64,000 nucleotides of DNA. It comes from Williopsis jadinii. Its lineage: Eukaryota. The translations under genes and the position numbers were made by a program. Every line of letters begins with the position of its first letter. Positions within the stretch are counted from its first letter, which is position 1. The notes below the pieces were generated by a model, which was not told the DNA's origin, searched no databases, and was given only the letters and a program-made list of their open reading frames with translations. Below are positions 1-10,365 of this stretch, one piece after another. The stretch spans positions 496,001 to 560,000 of the forward strand of contig AP024664.1 of the NCBI GenBank assembly GCA_024346625.1, in the 5' to 3' direction.

Positions 1-1
1 G

Positions 2-748
2 ACAATATCTGTGATTAAACTGCCATCGAATATAAGAGCCAAGTATACCTTGTTGAAATGGGCTGCTGTCATTCTTATCATCTCATTCGTTGTTAACTTC
101 ATCAGACAGAACATCACAGACGAACAGTTTAACACTTTCAACAGATTTATGCATGACTTGTTTGACGATGGTAGCTATACACCAGAGGAATTTGAGGCCT
201 TGAGATCCTCTTTATCCTCGCAACAGGCTGCAATTACAGAAACTGGATCCATTGGTGATGCAGCTGAAACTGCGTTTGCAGCTGCTGGTATTGTATTACC
301 AAGAGAGAGCACTGTATCATTTGAGTCTTCTCTGGAACCGGGCTTGGAGTTTGACATTGAAGGCGACGTCCAAACTGCGTTTGCCGTTCATGTAATTGAC
401 TCTGGTGTTTATGATTACAGCATTGTTCAAAATGAGGGAGAGGCAAATGAACAAGTTACTGAAGAAGCAACCGAGGAGGTTACTGAAGATGCTCCTCAAG
501 AAGGTGCTGAACCAGTTGTTGAAGATGAAGAACAAGAAACTGTCACTTTAACCACCACTGAAACTGTTGTTGAAACCATTGAAGAACTGGATGTGGAAGC
601 TGATGGAGAAATTCCAATTGCTGAAACTACTGTTGAGACATCTGAGACAACTGAAACAACTACGGAGATTCTTATCGAGACCAAGACTGTTATTGAGGAA
701 GGTGATATCGTTAAAGTCGTTGAAGAATCACATGTTGTTAGTGCATGA
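2..748 (+). CDS. SEC12: 3' part of Sec12/Sed4-family Sar1 GEF (last WD strand, TM helix, acidic lumenal tail); 5'-truncated by window edge
   Basis: Frame is open from base 2 (TISVIKLPSNI, resembling Sec12 'TIHIIKLPLN'), followed by TM segment WAAVILIISFVVNFI and an E/T-rich tail. Convergent with RAD18, as SED4 is in S. cerevisiae. Confidence 0.7.
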   Translation, partial: TISVIKLPSNIRAKYTLLKWAAVILIISFVVNFIRQNITDEQFNTFNRFMHDLFDDGSYTPEEFEALRSSLSSQQAAITETGSIGDAAETAFAAAGIVLPRESTVSFESSLEPGLEFDIEGDVQTAFAVHVIDSGVYDYSIVQNEGEANEQVTEEATEEVTEDAPQEGAEPVVEDEEQETVTLTTTETVVETIEELDVEADGEIPIAETTVETSETTETTTEILIETKTVIEEGDIVKVVEESHVVSA

Positions 749-791
749 TTCAAGTATATATGTATATGCCATAAATCTTCCAATAATGTAT

Positions 792-1880
792 CTAATCTGC
801 GAATACTCTTTCATGGTCTGTAGATTCTTGAGTTGATGCTTGTATACTGCAATTCTGTGGTTGTGCAGATGTAATCAGATTACTATCATCTTCTTCGTTG
901 GTACTCATGATATCTATGCTTTCAACCTGTGCATCATCCTGCTCCTCTCTTGTCTTCATCTTGCTATTTCTCGCTTGTTTAATCAAATCACTCCAACCTT
1001 TCTTATCCAATTGTCTATCATGATCATCCTTTCTGAACTTGAGAGATGACTCCCATTGCGCCAATTGCCTTCTCAAAACTTTGGGATCCTTTGGCACTAT
1101 CGAGTCACAGTTTGCATTCCACAAGATGAGGTATTCGTTGTATCGTGACTCCAGCTGGTTTCTGTTACCATTGGTCGGTAGTTCTAATTTTGCCAGCTTT
1201 TGCTTCAGAGTGGTGTTTGATAGCGAGCTAAAGTCTAACTTGGTCAGTTTCTGGTATGAATGTTCCGACTCTTTCGGCACTATGCTATCTTTGTCTTGCT
1301 CTAGAAGAGGCGTATTGAGGCACAGATCAATGTGCTCACTTTCAAGGACACGGATGGGGAACTGCTTAGCACAGATGGGACATGTACCCAATGGGCCAAC
1401 CTTTGGAGGGGTCTTTTTCCTCTTGAACAGGGATTCCAACCCTCCCTGGCCAACAGCTCTCCTCTTCTTTGTCTCTGAGACAATCTCCAACTCATCATCA
1501 ACCTCGACGTTATCGTCAATTTCAATAACTTCACAACTGCCACGACGTTGCCTATCATCAACCTTGCTTTCAACCGTCAGCTTCTCCAACAGGTCATCTC
1601 TAAGCGTCTTGAAGCATATAACCACCTGCTCAAGCAGCACATTCCTCTGAAGATTCGCCTCGCGTATCTCTTTGGAGCAGATCGGGCATTTGGCCGTGTG
1701 GATCAAGTACTTCCTTATACACACAGAGCAATAGCTGTGTCCACAGGTAGTTAATACCGGAGCTGTTTGGTACTCTTTACAGATGTGGCAGCGCAGCAGG
1801 GAGTCAAACTCAACGAGGCGAGGCTCTGAGCAGTGGGCAAAGTCTGAAGGATCTGACACAGTTGGTACGAATGAACTCAT
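792..1880 (-). CDS. RAD18: RING E3 ubiquitin ligase Rad18 (RING, UBZ4 zinc finger, SAP domain)
   Basis: CHICKEY...CGHSYCSVC...CPIC RING; CPICAK...HIDLC UBZ; SAP followed by LWNANCDS. Probable ATG is 1880 (MSSFVPTVSDPSDF); the ORF-track extension runs into the promoter repeat. Confidence 0.95.
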   Translation of the reverse strand: MSSFVPTVSDPSDFAHCSEPRLVEFDSLLRCHICKEYQTAPVLTTCGHSYCSVCIRKYLIHTAKCPICSKEIREANLQRNVLLEQVVICFKTLRDDLLEKLTVESKVDDRQRRGSCEVIEIDDNVEVDDELEIVSETKKRRAVGQGGLESLFKRKKTPPKVGPLGTCPICAKQFPIRVLESEHIDLCLNTPLLEQDKDSIVPKESEHSYQKLTKLDFSSLSNTTLKQKLAKLELPTNGNRNQLESRYNEYLILWNANCDSIVPKDPKVLRRQLAQWESSLKFRKDDHDRQLDKKGWSDLIKQARNSKMKTREEQDDAQVESIDIMSTNEEDDSNLITSAQPQNCSIQASTQESTDHERVFAD

Positions 1881-1947
1881 TTGCAGGTCCAGTTGGGGTT
1901 GTTGATACTGGCTGATGTTGACCGTAAGAGGCAAAACAGGTAAAATT

Positions 1948-2066
1948 CCTCTGCCTAGCCCAGACAATCTCCGCCTAGCGCAGCTCAAGTTTCTCCGCCT
2001 AGAACAGCCAATCTCCGCCTAGCGCAGCTCAAGTCTCTCCGCCTAGCCCAGACAATCTCCGCCTAA
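1948..2066 (+). repeat. Imperfect tandem array of six TCYGCCTA(G)-core units (20-24 bp period)
   Basis: ctctgcctagcccagacaa / tctccgcctagcgcagctcaagt / ttctccgcctagaacagccaa / tctccgcctagcgcagctcaagtc / tctccgcctagcccagacaa / tctccgcctaag. Confidence 0.9.
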
Positions 2067-2462
2067 GCCTGTAGCCCGCCAGCCCAGCCTAGCGTCAGTT
2101 CCGACTATTTCACACAATGAAAACACACCACCGGAATTACCACTTTGGGCCCTCGAGACTGCAGTTTTTTCTTTCTTTTTGTGGTTTTATGGCCTGTCCG
2201 AAAATTTCTTCAGCGTAAACAAAGGTCGCCATAGTTAACGACGAATTGTTCAGCGGAGCTCACCACTTGGCTTTGTTGTTGTTGTCGTTTTTGTTGTTGT
2301 TGCTGTTCTCTTTGTTGTGTATCATCTGTTGCTGTTCGTCGCTACCAGGACACGGATCTTTTCTCCCGAGGGAAGCTTTACACTGTGTGAATTGATACCT
2401 CATCACCTATTCCGAAGGAGCGCAAGAGCGAGGGAAGAAGCGGTCTATATGTCATCACCACA

Positions 2463-4484
2463 ATGAGTTGGCGCAGCAAAGAGATACGAACACTAGCGTG
2501 TGGTATAAGAATACCCACGCGGTATAGTCAGATGGCTATACGGCGAGCTACGTCGTCTGTGACGTTTGGAACATCATCTGGGTCATCAACATCAATATCA
2601 ACGTCAACGCCTACATCGAATACACAAAGTGTACACTTCTCAATTCCGAAGCAGAGGTCTATAAACCCAAAGTTTGAGAGGGTTAGTGGGCTGATAAGGG
2701 CCCATAAGTTCAAGAATCTTGCATCTGAAATATCAAATCGATATAAGCATTTCAATACAGCCGAATTGGTTTCAATACTGAGACAACTACACGCATTGCA
2801 CAAACATCTCATAATAAGGAAGATCTATAGGTCTAAGAGGGAACAGTTTATCGGTGCTAATACACTCCTGGGCGTTGTTATGGAATCTGCATTCCTTGAA
2901 AAGGACTACGAATTATTTGAAGAAGTGTTTACATATTATCTACAATCCACTGACGAATCGTCCAAATTGGCAAGACACTTCAACATGGCACTAGTTGTTT
3001 TTTTAAAGACGAACACAGAGTTTGCTAAGCAACTGTTGTACCAGATGGTTTATTCTCATCATCCAATGGATGACAAGACACTGTATGAGTTCTTACTGAA
3101 CGCTACTGATGTATCCACATTCTCCACGGTGAGATTTGTCTTTGACATCTTGAAGAACAATCCTAGCTTGCCCATCTCGGATAGTGCATTGGGCCAATTG
3201 ATGATTGTATTCATACGAAATGGTAAGTCTAAAGATATTTCAGAGTTGGAACAGTATCTGGAAAACATTGACAAGTTGGATAACCATTATGTCAGAATGG
3301 CTCGATTCCTTAATAGAGTTGTCTCCATAGATCCTTCATGCCTATGGCTCGAAGTTGACGAATTCATGCAATCTTTGAAGGATAAGACAGCCGAATCCGT
3401 CACCTTTTTTTACGACAGATTATACCTACTATTGAGAAAGAGAGCTACCATCGAGGATATGAAGCATTACACTTCACTGGCACAGAGGGATGGCCACAAG
3501 GACACTTTGACGTTACGTGTAAGGGGATTACTGACCGTTGCGCGTACGGGTAGCGCTCATGAGCTACTTGAATATGTGGAACTGTTGAAATCAAACTACC
3601 AGCTGGATAAGGATATGTTCATCACGATATGGAATGCTTTTAAACTGAACCAGCCTGGACTTGAGAATGTCATAACTTCAAAGTTCAAGGGTATTTCGTA
3701 TTCCTTAGATGTTTACTGGAAATCTGAAGCTCTTAGGGATTTGGAGAAGGAGAGCTCAAACAGTAACTCATTATCACAGATGATCAACGTTACATGTGAG
3801 CAAGATTTGGAGCTGTTAACTCGTCTTAACAATAAGTTGAGAGACGGTAAGAGACCCACTGTTGAACTTTTCACAAGAGTTTTACAACAGCTGATCAAGA
3901 TGAAATCACCATATGCATCACAGGTTTACGAGTTATGTACAAAGCTTTATACACCTGTTCCATTACATCTCGAGCTTTCTTGGTTTGCAAACACTCTCAG
4001 GTACGATTCGCATGCTGAGGCTCAATTAAAGATTGAGACCTTCTTATTCGAGAAGGATCAGTATTTGAGATATCCCCATTACGCAGAGCTCTCCGACTAT
4101 GCCTTTAAGAAGGGGCTCAACAAGGTTGGATTCGAGCTCATTTCAAGGGCCACACAATCAAAGAATTTCAGAGTGGATAAGAATATCATTAGCTTATACG
4201 TTCCAATTTTGAAGTTTTTAGCAAAGAATGGCAACGGCGAAGAGTATATCAAAGTCGTGGAGTACGTCTTGAAGGAGAATTATCAATTGAATCCCAAGTA
4301 CAACCGTCTGATTAAGAATACGTCGTGTTGGCTATTGACGAAGTGCGACAGTGAAGAACTTGACTATATGAAGCCAAAGATTGATGAGATGAATCTATCA
4401 GTCAAAGATAGATACAGAGAACAAACCAATGAGTATCGGAAAGTACTGGACGACACCATAGAGCTGCTGAGTGGCTGGAGGTAG
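2463..4484 (+). CDS. Mitochondrial alpha-helical (PPR-like) protein, possibly the Pet111-type COX2 translational activator
   Basis: 673-aa ORF with an R/S/T-rich presequence-like N-terminus and helical-repeat character. The PET111 identity rests only on synteny with COX7. Confidence 0.55.
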   Translation: MSWRSKEIRTLACGIRIPTRYSQMAIRRATSSVTFGTSSGSSTSISTSTPTSNTQSVHFSIPKQRSINPKFERVSGLIRAHKFKNLASEISNRYKHFNTAELVSILRQLHALHKHLIIRKIYRSKREQFIGANTLLGVVMESAFLEKDYELFEEVFTYYLQSTDESSKLARHFNMALVVFLKTNTEFAKQLLYQMVYSHHPMDDKTLYEFLLNATDVSTFSTVRFVFDILKNNPSLPISDSALGQLMIVFIRNGKSKDISELEQYLENIDKLDNHYVRMARFLNRVVSIDPSCLWLEVDEFMQSLKDKTAESVTFFYDRLYLLLRKRATIEDMKHYTSLAQRDGHKDTLTLRVRGLLTVARTGSAHELLEYVELLKSNYQLDKDMFITIWNAFKLNQPGLENVITSKFKGISYSLDVYWKSEALRDLEKESSNSNSLSQMINVTCEQDLELLTRLNNKLRDGKRPTVELFTRVLQQLIKMKSPYASQVYELCTKLYTPVPLHLELSWFANTLRYDSHAEAQLKIETFLFEKDQYLRYPHYAELSDYAFKKGLNKVGFELISRATQSKNFRVDKNIISLYVPILKFLAKNGNGEEYIKVVEYVLKENYQLNPKYNRLIKNTSCWLLTKCDSEELDYMKPKIDEMNLSVKDRYREQTNEYRKVLDDTIELLSGWR

Positions 4485-4928
4485 CACTACGAGCATATCA
4501 TGTACATAGCAAAGAGGAGAGTGCTACCATCGCCGTCACAATACACTATTTTTTGCATAATGTTTTATTTGATTGTTTTTTGTTTTAACATCTTTTGTTC
4601 TCTTGGAGGTTGCACCTCTTCTAAACCTGAACCATTGGGACTTTCGGAACACGATCCTGTACATAGAGAACCGCTCAATGTGACAGTTTTATATAAAAAT
4701 GGAGACAGAGACTATGACTGCTACCACGATTTCGTATAGAACATCAATAGACAACTATCGATGCTTTGATCACTCTCTGTATGGTTGTATAAATTGATGT
4801 TTACATTTGAAGAAGCTCATCGCCGCGAAATTTTATTTAGGCCGAGACACACAAGCGGAAGCTTCCGTAGTAGAACAACTTCAACATCAACACGGATTAG
4901 ACAGGAGAGCGGGAGAGAGCAGGGAACT

Positions 4929-6138
4929 ATGACGGCATTTTCATTGGAGAGTGTTCTCACACAAGCGGTATGTACACGGTGAAGGGTAGCGGAAGTTTTG
5001 TATACTAACGTTAAGCTGACAATGTAGGAGCCTCACTTAACAACACATTTGATCAAAGAGGTTGTGGATCAAACGATGTGTCCCGTGTGCCATGAACAGA
5101 TGTTTGTACCCTTCATGACACAGTGTGGTCATAACTTTTGCTATACCGTGAGTTTACTGTGTTCATACCGTGCTGACTGCTGATGTGGGATGGAATAACT
5201 AACAGAGCGTGATGTGTTTATAGTGTCTCTCGAGCTGGCTGTATGAACATGAGTCGTGTCCGTCTTGCCGAACCTATGTCAGAACTGCACCAACACTCAA
5301 CATTGCACTTCAGAACCTTGTGAACTCGTTGTTTACAACGTATCTACAAGTGCTGCCTCCAGATGCCCCTGAGGACTGTGAAGCCGAGAAGAGGCGTATG
5401 GAATCGCACTATCAACGCGATTTGGAGAAGGATTCTCTGTTCAACAAGCTGTTCAAGACTAACCATGTTGCGCTGATTGACGAGGAAGATGGGGTTGCCA
5501 GGTGTAGTAACTGTAACTGGGAAGTTGAAGGCAACGTTTGCCACAACTGCGGTGCTAGAATTGAGTATCCAAGGGACAGGGAGCTGAGACACGGCCGTGG
5601 TGGTGGTGATGATGTTGATACTGATTCCTTTGGCGAAGATGACAACAGCTATGAAAGCGATAGTGCATACCTACCTGGTGCTGTGCTACATGATTCGCCA
5701 CATCTGCGCCAAGTGATGAGAGCTCTTCGAGATGTACACGCGTACGATGACGATAACGACGACATGCTGAGCGCAGACATGCTGAGCGGAGACGATGAGT
5801 ACCACGATAGTGACGACGATTTCCTTGATGACAGAGACATCGCAGAGCTGGACGTCATTGATAACAATTCGTTGTTGTCGTCAGATGAGGAGTCCAGCGA
5901 TGCATCTGCGGTGAACAGAAGACCCATTGTCCGCATTGAATCCGATGATGATGATGATAATGACGACGGTACAGATGCTTCAGAGCAAAGCTGGCATGGC
6001 ATTCCAGATCGAGCTCCAGTATCAGCTGCACCGTACACCGTGCACCAACTCGATTCGGACAGCGACGACGATCGACTGGAGATTGACAACAATAGAAGAA
6101 GGAGGTTTCAAATAGTTGACCTGGATGACAGCGAATGA
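4929..6138 (+). CDS. PSH1: RING E3 ligase Psh1 (CENP-A/Cse4 turnover); exons 4929-4967, 5028-5147, 5224-6138
   Basis: Intron 4968-5027 (GTATGT..TACTAAC..TAG) and intron 5148-5223 (GTGAGT..AACTAAC..TAG) join in frame to rebuild CPVC..CGHNFCYT|CLSSW..CPSC. Downstream are a CSNC..CHNC motif and an acidic tail. Confidence 0.85.
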
Positions 6139-6368
6139 CCCTGCCACGTTCTATACGATTCTACATAAAACACCAATCTGATTTTAAAAACAGAGACAAA
6201 TGTCAAAACATGTGTATTAGCTTCTTCTTCGCCCTGCCTCTTTGTCTTTTGCTTTCTTCAGCATATATAAATAGAAAAAAATGTAATCAAGTTCGTCAGA
6301 TGAATGTGTGGTTTGAATGTTTATGAGCTTCTAACGAAGAACGAAGGAGACAACTTTTTTCCTCAGCT

Positions 6369-6716
6369 TTACTTCTTGTCCTTGATACCGCAGACAGCTC
6401 TACCCAAGTAGAAAACGTTCACAGCGGTGACGGACCAGAAAAGAGCCCAGAATGGGTAGATGTAGAACTTGGATCTTGGGTGTCTCATCCACAATGGCTT
6501 GGTGGAGTTTTGATAGAGCTTTTGGAGTTCGATAACGTGGTTAGCCACTAGGTGTTTGTTGTTAGTATAAGCACATCACTTTCATGCTCAATGCTTCTCC
6601 ATCAAAAATACAGCGCTTAACCCAGCGGTAGAACCGTTCATAGGTAAAAGTATTGCGATGAGCACGTTGGAAGCATCAAATCAGTAGCCGCTCCGCTTGT
6701 TTGTTCGGTACTTACT
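6369..6716 (-). CDS. COX7: Cytochrome c oxidase subunit VII (59 aa); coding exons 6716 (A) and 6547-6369; intron 6548-6715
   Basis: Spliced product MANHVIELQKLYQNSTKPLWMRHPRSKFYIYPFWALFWSVTAVNVFYLGRAVCGIKDKK closely matches yeast Cox7. Intron has GTAAGT, TACTAAC and TAG. CCAAT box at 6832-6836. Absent from the ORF track. Confidence 0.93.
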
Positions 6717-7112
6717 GGTTCTGATGTTTGTCTTTGGTCTTTTTAGTTGTTGATGGAACAGTCTTTGTGTGTTTGTGTTCTATTTTTTTTTCCTCTTTGG
6801 CTCCCGTCTCGCTCCTTTTTTGGTTCTTTGGCCAATGGGAAGCGCGTATTTTCACCTTTTTGTTCGATCGTAAGAGTGGTCTGAGCGCACAGTCGTATCA
6901 TACGGCGTATGCCGCACTTGCGCCATCAGGCGATTACATAATCAGGCTGCCGTGGTGGAGGGATGGCGGAGATAACTATTCTCGGAGATAACACGGTGGG
7001 CTGGTAACGCCGAAAACTAATAACCTTCCTGAGCCACACTTTCCCGAAGATTGTTCACGTATCTTCAACTCTACACACAGGTGATGGAGGGAGACCAGAG
7101 AAAGACCAAACG

Positions 7113-7946
7113 ATGACAATTTCAAGACTGATACGGTTCGTTGCGACCGATGGGAAGGTCTACTTCGGCGAAGCCCTGAACGCGGAGCTCAAACAGGCGT
7201 ATGAAGTCGTTGGTGATGTCTTCAACAGGCATCAGGTTGATACGACCCATGTGCTTGAGGTGTTGAAGCTGTTGGCACCTCTGCAGAGAGAACAGATCGG
7301 CACAATCAGGATGATTGGTATGAACTACAAGAAGCATGCGGAGGAAATCCAGCTGGCAATCCCTGACTGGCCGTGCCTGTTCTATAAGCCCTCAACTGCC
7401 TTGAACGGGACATTATCACCAATTGAGGTGCCTCAACAGGCCCAGATTGAAGGTGCTAAGATCGACTACGAATCTGAATTGGTGGTGGTCATTGGCAAAG
7501 AGGGTAAGAATATCCCTGAGGACCAAGCTTTAGACTTCGTTCTGGGATACACCGTGGGAAATGATGTGTCTCAGAGAACATGGCAGATTGAGCGTGGTGG
7601 CTCTCAGTTCAACGTTGGGAAGATGTTCGATACGTGGGCACCGATTGGCCCTTGTATCACAACCACCAAACTCATCGAGGATCCGAATGCTTTGAGGATC
7701 AGCTCTAGAGTCAACGGTGAGGTGAGACAGAACAGCAATACCAACGATGCCATCTTTTCTGTGAAGAAGCTGATTGCACACTTAAGCATGGGCACAACTC
7801 TGCTTCCAGGTGACTTGATCTTTACAGGAACACCACAAGGTGTTGGTTCTGGTTTCAAGCCACCAAGATGGTTGAAAGACGGAGACACAGTAGAGTGTTC
7901 CATTGAAAACATTGGAACACTACAAAACAACGTTGTATTTGAATAA
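7113..7946 (+). CDS. Fumarylacetoacetate hydrolase (FAH) superfamily protein
   Basis: Motifs IGMNYKKHAEE, DYESELVVVIGK, GYTVGNDVSQR, GKMFDTWAPIGP, GDLIFTGTP. Confidence 0.92.
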   Translation: MTISRLIRFVATDGKVYFGEALNAELKQAYEVVGDVFNRHQVDTTHVLEVLKLLAPLQREQIGTIRMIGMNYKKHAEEIQLAIPDWPCLFYKPSTALNGTLSPIEVPQQAQIEGAKIDYESELVVVIGKEGKNIPEDQALDFVLGYTVGNDVSQRTWQIERGGSQFNVGKMFDTWAPIGPCITTTKLIEDPNALRISSRVNGEVRQNSNTNDAIFSVKKLIAHLSMGTTLLPGDLIFTGTPQGVGSGFKPPRWLKDGDTVECSIENIGTLQNNVVFE

Positions 7947-8004
7947 ATCTGAATATAAGACAAAGAAAAGAGTAATAATACACAGTTTGCTTCACCATAT
8001 AACA

Positions 8005-9681
8005 TCAATGGGCTCCAACAGTTCCTTGCACTGCAGGAACAGTGGAATCAATCAACTCCTGTAATCCCAATGCAAATCTATAAGCCAAATCATCCGTTAA
8101 GGTGCTCATGTTCTCAAACTTGTTTTGAACAGATTCAACCTTTTTGATGAAATTCAACAACTCGTGGGTATCGTAGGTGTTGTTGTATAGATGACACCAC
8201 TTGATGACTTTCAAGAACACAATTGACGTGTAGAAAGTACAGACGTGAATCTGGTCTGAGAGGCATGCGAAATACAAATCGTCGTTTAAACCAATGATGT
8301 GGTTCAACACTTTTAAACAATGGTACAGCATCTTGTTCAACGTGTCAACGTCATCGATGTGCTTCTCCGTTGCATCGTTGAAGTCAGTAGTGTCCATAAT
8401 ACCGTGGGTGCCCATCTTCAGATGATAAAAGGCACTCACATAACAGTAGTGGTAGCCAAACTCTACAAACTGTAGATTTGGTTGTTTGAAGAGATAGTTC
8501 CATTGGTCGTACCACAGCTTCAGGTCATCTTCAAAAATCTTGAACTCAGTTGCAGAACCAGCCTGGATGAAGTTGTACAGCAGCAATTGCAGCGAGATTT
8601 CACTAATCATTCTGCCGTCAAAGTTGGTTGCCTGGGCAAGGTCTAAAGAACGCCTTGCCTGGTCCAGGCGAATCTCATCAAGGACACACATTCTACCAGA
8701 GAATATACAATTACAGAGGTGTACCAGACACATGTGATTCCATATTCTAAAGTTTGACAGTTTCTCCATCTCCATGTCCACCGTTCCCAGTGATCCTACA
8801 GAGCATACGTGGAGGAAGTCATTGTTCATGTCGAGCGTGAGAAACTGCATCACGGCAATACCACTGAGAAACCAGGGATCAACAACCAACTCTGGGGTTG
8901 ATAAGGAGTATCCGTAGACTGCTAATATCACCAATGCCTTCAGAAAGTTCAAACTCTGTGGTGACCTGTAGAGACCCTCGTACAATTCCAACTTCAGCTG
9001 CTTGATCAGTTGCTGGTAGGTATCAAAATTGACATCTGTAACGTTATAACGCAGGCTCGTTAGGCAAATCGTGGTGAGCAGCATCGGCGATGATCTCTTG
9101 ATGTCCTCAATCAGCACCTCTGCGCTTGTCTGTGGAAGCGATATCCACCTGCCGTAGTTCTCTTTGAACAGATCCACAGCATGGATGGCCTCTTGTGGGG
9201 AAACAATCCCCAGTGACAGCACATTGGGAGGCTCGCTCGTGAACGTGTTCAGCGGAGAGAGTAGATGTGATACCGTCAGTGGCAGATTCTGGAAGGACAC
9301 GCTCTTGTACATCAGATTGAAAGGCGAGGTCTGTGCTGGAGGTAGAGCCATTGAAGAAGAGTCATATTCATCTAGAGCCGAGGGTAGATTGTGCTGTCTC
9401 TGGATGATCGCAAGGATCTTCTTCACGTTATCGCCCAGCGTCTTCAGCGAGTCAGACCCTTCAATTGACGGCTGTGAGGCCTCGTTATCGTCGTCTATCT
9501 TCCTCTTCTTGTTTATAACATCTGGGTCTGACAGCGTCCCATCTGTTAGGAACGAACAGTCTTTACCCAACGAGTAACAACGGAGACATGAAATGGAGTT
9601 TGGAGACGGGAAGCAGCGAGTCTTTTGGCGACGGCACGAGGCACACGCCTTTGTAGCCCTCGGAACCTGTTTCCTATTCAT
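8005..9681 (-). CDS. Zn(II)2Cys6 transcription factor (Urc2/YDR520C-like)
   Basis: ACASCRRQKTRC...CLRC...C binuclear cluster plus middle homology region. Subfamily assignment is tentative. Confidence 0.85.
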   Translation of the reverse strand: MNRKQVPRATKACASCRRQKTRCFPSPNSISCLRCYSLGKDCSFLTDGTLSDPDVINKKRKIDDDNEASQPSIEGSDSLKTLGDNVKKILAIIQRQHNLPSALDEYDSSSMALPPAQTSPFNLMYKSVSFQNLPLTVSHLLSPLNTFTSEPPNVLSLGIVSPQEAIHAVDLFKENYGRWISLPQTSAEVLIEDIKRSSPMLLTTICLTSLRYNVTDVNFDTYQQLIKQLKLELYEGLYRSPQSLNFLKALVILAVYGYSLSTPELVVDPWFLSGIAVMQFLTLDMNNDFLHVCSVGSLGTVDMEMEKLSNFRIWNHMCLVHLCNCIFSGRMCVLDEIRLDQARRSLDLAQATNFDGRMISEISLQLLLYNFIQAGSATEFKIFEDDLKLWYDQWNYLFKQPNLQFVEFGYHYCYVSAFYHLKMGTHGIMDTTDFNDATEKHIDDVDTLNKMLYHCLKVLNHIIGLNDDLYFACLSDQIHVCTFYTSIVFLKVIKWCHLYNNTYDTHELLNFIKKVESVQNKFENMSTLTDDLAYRFALGLQELIDSTVPAVQGTVGAH

Positions 9682-9993
9682 TGTTCAGATCGTTGTGCGC
9701 CTGAGAATGAAGCTGGAGATGGGGGCTTTGGTTATCACACTCGATGCCTTGATAAGAGAGACTATGCCAGTAATTGACGATGGTAGTGTGAGTTTTTTTG
9801 CAAGGAAAGGATGACTGACGACAAATGGGTGAAGAATCTGCTGAATAGCAAGTGATCAGTCGGGTTATGGGGGTAAATGGGCTCAATTGGAGGGAAAAGT
9901 TTTCCACTTCGTACTTGTTTAGATGGATAATTACGCTGAGTCCCTTCGGATATAGCCGACGGGGAGCCCGACGGGACGGTACGGACAACAGCA

Positions 9994-10042
9994 GCTTACG
10001 TAAGATCTTATGTAACCATCTTACATAAGATCTTATATAAGC
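9994..10042. promoter_or_regulatory. 22-bp inverted repeat built from bZIP-like TTAYRTAA palindromes, in a divergent promoter
   Basis: gcttacgtaagatcttatgtaa-ccatc-ttacataagatcttatataagc; the arms differ at 2 positions. Confidence 0.7.
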
Positions 10043-10365
10043 ACTGCCACCATTCGCTTCTTCCTCTTCATTTCACACAACATCAACACTTTGTTTACCT
10101 TTAGCTGCCGAGCATTCAACCCATTTGACCCGGTAAACAGTGTGATACCATCGCGTACAGTCATCAGAGGTACGCTTGGACTGGCTGAACTGCATCTAAC
10201 CAGCTATATAAGGGGGCTTGTAAGAACGAATTGCTCAATAAACTGGCAGGTATTCGAACAAAAAATTTCCATAGAGAAGAAACCACATTCCAACAACTCT
10301 TTGACTGTTCAGCGTTGTAACCCAATCATTGGCCCTATAAGCAGTGCAAAGTTCCAAGAAAGATC

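Noticed and set aside
1948..2066. CRISPR-like appearance of repeat-spacer arrays (also 26081-26173 and 40819-40980)
   Set aside because: Eukaryotic context; units are short, spacers are related to each other rather than unique, and there are no cas genes.
10092..10176. Two small stems (TGTTTACC/GGTAAACA and GCGTAC/GTACGC) suggesting an H/ACA RNA
   Set aside because: No correctly placed H or ACA box; the first stem is equally explained by two opposed forkhead sites (GTAAACA).
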